From Candidatus Poribacteria bacterium (GTDB lineage: Bacteria; Poribacteria; WGA-4E; WGA-3G): a DNA stretch of 64,000 nt. Shown one piece after another: positions 57,554 to 64,000 of the stretch (position 1 is its first letter; each line of letters starts with the position of its first letter). The stretch lies in NCBI GenBank assembly GCA_965205015.1, contig OZ242029.1:160001-224000 (forward strand). The letters are read 5' to 3'. A program made the position numbers and the translations under genes. The notes beneath the pieces were generated by a model. The model did not search any database, was not told where the DNA came from, and saw only the letters and a program-made list of their open reading frames with translations.

Positions 57554-57675
57554 GATCCGAATTCATTTAAAGGGTGAAAGCGGCTGGAATGGAAAGGTGG
57601 AAGACTGGAAGGGTGGGTGCCCAACCTTCCTCCCTTCCATCCTTCCAACCAAGTCCTTTCTATCAACATTCAATT

Positions 57676-59013
57676 TTACACCGGCAATACTGGTATATCT
57701 TTCATGAAATCGTCTGTCTCGATCTGCCACATTTGCATATCCGCAGCGAGTGACCGAATACGATCGGCATGCTCAGGCAAATCGGCAAGGTTTGTCGTCT
57801 CCCAAGGATCCTGCTCTAAATCGAAAAATTGGATGCAATCCGTGCCGGCACCCGTCTCTTCGGAGACATAGTAGCGAATCAATTTCCAACGCCCATCCCT
57901 GATCGTGCGTTGGATGTCTCTATACGCCGCGAAGACGGTGGCGCGTACTCGATCCACACGACCCTTCATCAGTGGCACCAAACTGCGCCCTTCAGTCGTA
58001 TCTGGACAGGCAACATCGGTGAGATCACAGACAGTGGGAAACACATCATACAGATAGGTTAACGCATCAACTGTTTCCCCTTCGGGGATCCCCGGTCCAG
58101 CAAATATGGAAGGCACGTGGATACTATGGTCATAGAGATTCTGTTTCCCCAACAGTCCGTGTTGTCCGACAGCGAGTCCGTGGTCGGCGGTGTAGATGAT
58201 GATCGTGTTGTCCAGGTGTCCGGTCGCTTCCAATGTGCTTAGCACGCGTCCCATTTCGGCATCCATGTGCGTAATCATCCCGTAATAGTCTGCGATGTGC
58301 TGTTGAACGATTTCCGGCGTGCGCGGGAAGGGTGCCAACACTTCATCCCGAATACGCATTTCACCGTTGTCGAACGGATGTTCCGGGTGGAAGTTTTCGG
58401 GGACAGGTATCTCCTCCGGTGAATACATCGTCGCGTATTCTCCCGGTGCTGTTCTCGGATCGTGCGGTGAAGTAAAGGAGAGGTAAAGGAAAAAGGGATC
58501 CGTTTCGCTGTAGTTTTCTATAAATTGCACGGCGGCGTCTGTGAAGAGTTCTGTGGAAAACTTTTCTCCAATGTACCTGGCATCATCCGGGTATTTTCCT
58601 GTTGGATCGAAATCGAAAACTGGCACTTTATATTGATCGCTCATTCCACCAAAGAAAATCTTAGCACCGTCATCGAAACTGTCGGTAAACGTTTGTCGAT
58701 CATTGTGCCATTTGCCACTAAAAAATGTGTGATACCCGGTTTCGCGCATTACCTGTGGCCAAACCGCCAAATCTCGGTTAATTTGGTTTCCACCGCTGCG
58801 GAACAGGTTAGCACTCGTGAGGACAGCAGCGCGGCTTGGTACACAAACGGCTCCAACAAGGGATCCCATAATGTGAGTTTGACGGAAAGTTGTCCCGCGT
58901 GCCATGAGTGAATCCATCGTTGGTGTTTTGACCGTTGGGTCGCCCATGCCACCGATAGCATCCCATCGATGGTCGTCCGCGATCATAAAAAGAACATTGG
59001 GTCGTGAGGACAT
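57676..59013 (-). CDS. Formylglycine-dependent sulfatase
   Basis: RPNVLF, DD, CVPSR, GKWH, SPHDP, DHG; start reset to ATG 59013. Confidence 0.9.
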   Translation of the reverse strand: MSSRPNVLFMIADDHRWDAIGGMGDPTVKTPTMDSLMARGTTFRQTHIMGSLVGAVCVPSRAAVLTSANLFRSGGNQINRDLAVWPQVMRETGYHTFFSGKWHNDRQTFTDSFDDGAKIFFGGMSDQYKVPVFDFDPTGKYPDDARYIGEKFSTELFTDAAVQFIENYSETDPFFLYLSFTSPHDPRTAPGEYATMYSPEEIPVPENFHPEHPFDNGEMRIRDEVLAPFPRTPEIVQQHIADYYGMITHMDAEMGRVLSTLEATGHLDNTIIIYTADHGLAVGQHGLLGKQNLYDHSIHVPSIFAGPGIPEGETVDALTYLYDVFPTVCDLTDVACPDTTEGRSLVPLMKGRVDRVRATVFAAYRDIQRTIRDGRWKLIRYYVSEETGAGTDCIQFFDLEQDPWETTNLADLPEHADRIRSLAADMQMWQIETDDFMKDIPVLPV

Positions 59014-59351
59014 TTTTTTAATTTTCCTTGTGGTTCGATCAGGTGGGTTTCGCTTATGAAGTATCTTTTCGTAGACCCGCCTGCGTGTTTTTGCAAACGC
59101 TGAAATCCAATGCGAAGAAAGTATTTGCTTGGGGGTTTCTGTGTATTTCTGCGTATTGTTGCAGGCTGCACAGCTGACAGACTGCAAGCCTGATAGTGTG
59201 CCGACCTGCACATCTGCACGTGTGATACTCTGCAGTTTCTAATTTTCCTTGCGGTTCAGCTTGACCGCAAACAGTATTAACCCTGTCTGGAATTCACCAG
59301 AAAGCACCGCGTAATGAAATCGAGCGGTGACCAGGAGGACAAAATTAAAAA

Positions 59352-60497
59352 ATGAAAATTGCTACGATTGAACAATTCTACCCACGGCGTCGGATGCGTC
59401 TCGTGAAGATTACAACGGATACCGGTATCGTCGGATGGGGAGAAACCACACTTGAAGGTAAACCCAAGAGTACTTGGGCGGCTGTCGAAGAACTCTCCGA
59501 TTATTTTATCGGCAAAGACCCACTCCGTATTGAACACCATTGGCAACACGTTTACCGTTCTGCCTTCTTCCGAGGCGGAAATATTCTTATGTCCGCCTTG
59601 TCAGGTATTGATCAGGCGTTATGGGATATCGCCGGTAAACATCACGGTCTACCTGCCTATCAACTCTTAGGTGGTGCCGTGCGCGATCGTATCCGCGTTT
59701 ACGCACACTGGGGCATCGGCAGTCTGACAGATGAAGGCAAAGCCTCCGCGAAAGAACGCCTTGAATTCTTACAGCAAAAAGGGGGCTACACAGCGTTTAA
59801 AAGCGGTCCCGGTGGTAAATGGCGTGGGCATGAACCTCCTGCAGTGATTGATGAATTTGTGGAACGTGCCTATCTCATGCGTGAATGGGTAGGACCCGAT
59901 GTCGAACTCGCCTTCGACTTTCACGGTAAAATGACCCCCGCCCTTGCAATCGAGATCTGTCACGAACTTAAAGGGATGCGTCCCATGTTCGTCGAGGAAC
60001 CCATCCCGCAAGAAAACGTTGACGCCCTCAAACAGGTGTCCGACCATGTGCCGTTTCCAATCGCGACTGGGGAACGGCTGCTCACCCGCTGGGGCTTTCG
60101 AGAGGTGTTTGAGAAACAGGCAGTCGCTTATCTACAACCCGATACCTCACATGCTGGCGGCATTACTGAATTGAAAAAGATTGCGAACATGGCGGAGGTC
60201 TACTATATGCATATCGCTCCGCATTGCGCCATTGGACCCGTCGCCTTCTCCGCCTCCCTTCATGTTGATGCCGTTGTCCCGAATTTCCTCATTCAGGAAC
60301 AGATCGATGACGGCCTGGGGGCAGGCTTATTGACTGAGGAGTGGCAGGTCACAGATGGCCATATTGCGTTGCCGACACAGCCGGGACTCGGTTTTGAGAT
60401 CGATGAAAAGGAAGCGGAACGGATACTCGATACCTATCCAGAGGAGCTCGGTGGCGAATTTTATTACGACACCGATGGCAGCGTCGCCGATTGGTAG
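59352..60497 (+). CDS. dgoD: Galactonate dehydratase-like enolase-superfamily enzyme
   Basis: GWGETTLEG, SGIDQALWDI, DFHG, FVEEP, ATGER, LQPD, APH. Confidence 0.75.
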   Translation: MKIATIEQFYPRRRMRLVKITTDTGIVGWGETTLEGKPKSTWAAVEELSDYFIGKDPLRIEHHWQHVYRSAFFRGGNILMSALSGIDQALWDIAGKHHGLPAYQLLGGAVRDRIRVYAHWGIGSLTDEGKASAKERLEFLQQKGGYTAFKSGPGGKWRGHEPPAVIDEFVERAYLMREWVGPDVELAFDFHGKMTPALAIEICHELKGMRPMFVEEPIPQENVDALKQVSDHVPFPIATGERLLTRWGFREVFEKQAVAYLQPDTSHAGGITELKKIANMAEVYYMHIAPHCAIGPVAFSASLHVDAVVPNFLIQEQIDDGLGAGLLTEEWQVTDGHIALPTQPGLGFEIDEKEAERILDTYPEELGGEFYYDTDGSVADW

Positions 60498-60515
60498 TTA
60501 GTTGTCAGTAACATT

Positions 60516-60616
60516 GTAGGTTGGGTTGAACGGATAATCCCAAACCGTAGCAGCTCATAGTAAACTGATACTTCTTCCGTCACCTTTAATTATAGAGATA
60601 CCGAGTGAAACCCAAC
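60516..60616 (+). repeat. GTAG-family REP-like palindrome with long internal spacer
   Basis: GTAGGTTGGGTT...AACCCAAC arms between convergent genes. Confidence 0.5.
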
Positions 60617-60645
60617 GTTTTTCTGCCTTTAACCTGAGTTACGCG

Positions 60646-61392
60646 TTAGACCACGGGTTTCCGGTTGGCAACATAAGGCGGTTCAAGCATCAACTTCTGA
60701 TCCTCATCAGCCATCAAGTTGCGGAGTTCATCGTCGTATCTGCCCTGACCCCACGAGGCATGTCCCGGTGAGTACTTGAACAGAATCGAGCGGCGTTCGT
60801 GCGAGGCAGTCCACGGGAGCGTGCCGTGCGTCATCGCCTCTGTGAAGATAACGACATCCCCCGCTTTTTGATGCACGGGTGCCATACACGTCTTATTGTC
60901 CTCCACCGGTCGGAACTCAGCAGGACACGGATAGTTGCTCTTATGGCTACCCGGTATACAACAGAAACCACCCTGTCCGGGCAGCATATCCGTTAAAGCC
61001 CACGACACGACGGTTAAGCCGTTATACATCCGATCGTTTCGGAAGACGTAATACTGCGCTGGATCATAAGGCGTTCCGCCACCGTGAAGCATCCCGCCCG
61101 GGTTTCCTTCTATCATCAAAATGCCGTAGACATGGTCCAATCGGAATTTTGGACCGACGATCTCCGCTAAGAACGGCATAATACGCGGGTGGTTGAGGAG
61201 TTTACGGAACGCGGCGTTCTCCCAATTCAAGAATCCACCGAATCTCTGCGAATAGACATCCTCATCCACCGGATCTGGGTAATCTTGTGCATCGATAAGA
61301 GCATTGAGTTCCGCGAGTTCGTCTGTTCCTAAGACGTTTTCGATGTTCACATACCCCCAAAGGTCGAACAGGTATTTATCTTCAGCATTCAT
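60646..61392 (-). CDS. PhyH-like dioxygenase
   Basis: LHGG, IPGSHK, GDVVIFTEAMTHG; GGAGG SD. Confidence 0.8.
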   Translation of the reverse strand: MNAEDKYLFDLWGYVNIENVLGTDELAELNALIDAQDYPDPVDEDVYSQRFGGFLNWENAAFRKLLNHPRIMPFLAEIVGPKFRLDHVYGILMIEGNPGGMLHGGGTPYDPAQYYVFRNDRMYNGLTVVSWALTDMLPGQGGFCCIPGSHKSNYPCPAEFRPVEDNKTCMAPVHQKAGDVVIFTEAMTHGTLPWTASHERRSILFKYSPGHASWGQGRYDDELRNLMADEDQKLMLEPPYVANRKPVV

Positions 61393-61436
61393 CCAGACAC
61401 CTCCCTTAAGGATGCACAAACTAACAGTTTATGCTA

Positions 61437-61760
61437 CTATTGGTGTGCCGAGCGTGAAGTGGGTTCAAGCCGCGTAACAAGGATCTGTTCTCTGTCAATC
61501 AACTCGCCGACGCGGGCAGAGATTTCATTTAGCCATCGGTCGTCTTCATAAACCGCCGCATAGAGTTGCTCGCGCTGCGCTTCGCTCTCAAACCGCCGAA
61601 TCCAGACGTAGAGATCGTCCTCTTCTTCACCGATGAAACTGCCAATCACAACCATCCCTTTAGAAATCTGGAACGGGAGGACTGTTTCTTCCATGTATTG
61701 CACCCAATTCTCGCGTTGACCGGGTTTCGTTCTATACTGTCGTAATTCAAAAAAAGCCAT
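61437..61760 (-). CDS. NIPSNAP family protein
   Basis: FFELRQY..KPG, YVWIRRF. Confidence 0.85.
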   Translation of the reverse strand: MAFFELRQYRTKPGQRENWVQYMEETVLPFQISKGMVVIGSFIGEEEDDLYVWIRRFESEAQREQLYAAVYEDDRWLNEISARVGELIDREQILVTRLEPTSRSAHQ

Positions 61761-61777
61761 GAAAATCTCCTTTTTAA

Positions 61778-61866
61778 TAGTTGTCGGTTATCAGTTTTCA
61801 GTTTTCAGTTAAAGAGAGATTTGTTAAACGAAAACCTTTTAACCAACCGCCGATAACCGATAAAAC
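61778..61866. repeat. Family B heptamer repeat element
   Basis: AGTTGTCGGTTATCAGTTTTCAGTTTTCAGTTAAAGAG...CCGATAACCGATAA. Confidence 0.6.
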
Positions 61867-61869
61867 TAT

Positions 61870-64000
61870 TTATAATCTGTTGTAACCGTAGCCGTTACCT
61901 GTAATTTCAAAGAGTGCTGCTGCCGCTTGGAAGTGAATCTCAGCGTCCTGGTCTTGGAGAATCAATTCGAGCAGTGACACTGCCTTCGCATTTTTAGCCT
62001 CTCCAAGTGCCTTGATGGCATCGAGACGGAAACCTCTTGTAATTTGAGCCTCATGCAGTGCCGTTAGTTTTTCCACCAGCGCCGTTACCGCCTTATCCGT
62101 CGCGATTTTACCTAACGCCCGCGAGGCATCGCGTCGAATTTCGACGTGGTTTTCATCGGTGTTCATCACCTCAATAAGCGCGTCGGTCGTTGTGTCATCA
62201 GCCAACTCACCGAGTCCCTGCGTTGCCGCTCGACGGACATCCTTCTCAATTTCGTTTTCACCTTTCATGATCTGAACGAGTTCTGGTATGAGTTCGCTAA
62301 TTCCGGCTTGCCCAACGCTCAGTGCTGTCGCCTTTCGGGTGTCCACATCTGGATCAGCTAACCGCTGTTTAAGTTGTGAAATGTCTAAAGAGACATCAGT
62401 TGCTTTACACCTACCGAGTGCAACCATTGCCGCGTTTCTGACTTGGTGATTTTCCCACTCATCCTCCGCACGGGCTGCCATTTTCGGTGCAACGAACGCC
62501 GGTAAGTCCAATTTTTTAGCGGCGTTGACGAAGACTTCCCAACTCCAGTTCCGTTTCAGATCGTCTGCGCCGATGGCTTTCCTATTTGCCGCATCCTCAA
62601 GTGCAACGATGTATTCGGTATCGTCAACGAGCCGTCTCGCAATCGCTTCAGTGGCACGCGCGCCTCCAATCTCACCGAGTGCTGTTGCGGCTTTTGTTCG
62701 GGAAGAAGCCTTCGCCAACGCATCTGTACTCGCATCCAACGCTATTTGCTTGTCTTCCAAGATAGCAATTAACTCGGGGATCGCTGCCGCACTTTCGAGT
62801 TTGCCCAAAGCGACAATAGCGTTCTTTGAGATATTTCCGACCCGGATATCTAAAGCGCGAATCAACACATCTTCAGCGGATTTACTCCCAATATTGCCGA
62901 GTGCCGCCACGGCAGCATCGCGGACACCATCCAACTCCAGCGGATTTTCAACCATCTCACTGAGTTGTGCAACCGCTTTTGTATCCTTGAGGTTCCCCAA
63001 GGCAGCAGCGGCTCGCAATCGGACTTCGGCATTTTCATCGGAGAGTGCAGTTAGCAGGGGTGCAGAGGCACGTTCATCTTTAAGCGCACCAAGCGAAAGG
63101 GCCGCCGCCGCACGAACCGATTTCATCTCATCCATATTTTCGAGAACAGCAATCAACGGTTCAACAACCCGACGCTCCTTGAACCCACCTAACGATTCCG
63201 CAGCGCGTCTACGGACGATGTAACTTGGGTGTTTCAATTCTTCGAGCATGGCATCAACCGCAACTTTTTTTGCACTCGCTCCGATCACATGAACAAGTGC
63301 CCACCGCGTCCACTCATCATCTGCTGATTTCAGAGCATCGAGTGCAAATTCGGCTGTTGGAATGTTATTATCTTTGATTAATGCCCCAATGACTTCGTCC
63401 TGAACAGATTGCACTTCGTATCCATCATCAAAACTTCCCAAACCCTTCTTGACAATATCAACCAGCCCTTTATCCCCGGCTTGAATCTCTCGGAGTGCCT
63501 TTGCCGATTCAAAGCGCGTCGTTTCATACTTATCGTTTTTCAGAACATCTACCAGCGGATCAACAACCTTCTGCCCTTTTATTTTTCCGAGTGCGATCGC
63601 CGCTTCTTGTCGGACTGCCCCCTGCTTATCCTTTTTCAACGCGGTAACCAATGGAGGGATGGCAGTATCACCCTTGACTTCACCGAGTGCCCACGCTGCG
63701 CTTTGCCGCACGGTCGCGCGCCCATCGTCTCGAAGTGCGTTTGCCAGCGGTTCTACGACGGTATCCCCCTTGATGACCCCGAGTGCTCGAGCCACCTCAC
63801 TCCGAACGAGACTCGGAATCGGTTTGAGTTCACCCCATGTCCGATAATTCGCGCGTGGGTAGTCAGGCGTCCATTGAATCTGGAAGGAGTCAACCTGTGT
63901 TCGAAGGGCATCCAGTGTTTTGTATTCCCGCTTCATGTGCCGTTGAAAATCTGAAATTTCGTCAAATTGTGTTGAAAGCACCCAGAGTAACACAGGAACC
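61870..64000 (-). CDS. HEAT/PBS-lyase repeat protein; 5' end lies outside the window
   Basis: Many VRxxAAxALG repeats; reading frame open to the window edge. Confidence 0.85.
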   Translation of the reverse strand, partial: VPVLLWVLSTQFDEISDFQRHMKREYKTLDALRTQVDSFQIQWTPDYPRANYRTWGELKPIPSLVRSEVARALGVIKGDTVVEPLANALRDDGRATVRQSAAWALGEVKGDTAIPPLVTALKKDKQGAVRQEAAIALGKIKGQKVVDPLVDVLKNDKYETTRFESAKALREIQAGDKGLVDIVKKGLGSFDDGYEVQSVQDEVIGALIKDNNIPTAEFALDALKSADDEWTRWALVHVIGASAKKVAVDAMLEELKHPSYIVRRRAAESLGGFKERRVVEPLIAVLENMDEMKSVRAAAALSLGALKDERASAPLLTALSDENAEVRLRAAAALGNLKDTKAVAQLSEMVENPLELDGVRDAAVAALGNIGSKSAEDVLIRALDIRVGNISKNAIVALGKLESAAAIPELIAILEDKQIALDASTDALAKASSRTKAATALGEIGGARATEAIARRLVDDTEYIVALEDAANRKAIGADDLKRNWSWEVFVNAAKKLDLPAFVAPKMAARAEDEWENHQVRNAAMVALGRCKATDVSLDISQLKQRLADPDVDTRKATALSVGQAGISELIPELVQIMKGENEIEKDVRRAATQGLGELADDTTTDALIEVMNTDENHVEIRRDASRALGKIATDKAVTALVEKLTALHEAQITRGFRLDAIKALGEAKNAKAVSLLELILQDQDAEIHFQAAAALFEITGNGYGYNRL

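Noticed and set aside
59014-59211. 66-aa N-terminal extension of the sulfatase in the ORF track
   Set aside because: It runs through family A repeat DNA; the family-typical start RPNVLF follows ATG 59013 with an SD.
62525-63223. 232-aa plus-strand ORF, and similar long antisense ORFs at 1740-2417, 17264-17782 and 8769-9344
   Set aside because: Each lies opposite a well-supported gene and shows no recognisable motif.

Overview
Gene-dense 64 kb bacterial window. The gene set (many LamG-like, PhyH, Gfo/Idh/MocA, SDR, TPR and HEAT proteins, a sulfatase, sugar-acid dehydratases) suggests Candidatus Poribacteria or a relative; this is inference, not a database result. No rRNA, tRNA or CRISPR array was seen. 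Most genes are catabolic enzymes. Main points: (1) seven exported proteins at 10.8-20.2 kb carry different passenger domains but share a C-terminal tag, LAVxxxGKLxxTWGxLK, a candidate sorting or anchoring signal. (2) Four tandem Gfo/Idh/MocA paralogs are mosaics with short hypervariable patches. (3) A tnpB-only IS200/IS605 element has a rearranged RuvC-II site; both ends, TAM TTAT and the guide can be read from the sequence, and it sits in the stop codon of a permease gene without changing that protein. (4) A radical SAM gene's TGA is probably selenocysteine (C-U-A-E-P tail); it precedes a DUF169 gene. (5) There is a methyltransferase-HNH fusion and a TPR-UPF0175/DUF3368 toxin-antitoxin-like pair. 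(6) At least three dispersed intergenic repeat families are present, one of which supplies ribosome-binding sites to neighbouring genes. (7) A 55-aa membrane protein is missing from the ORF track. All family calls come from motif recognition, not searches.
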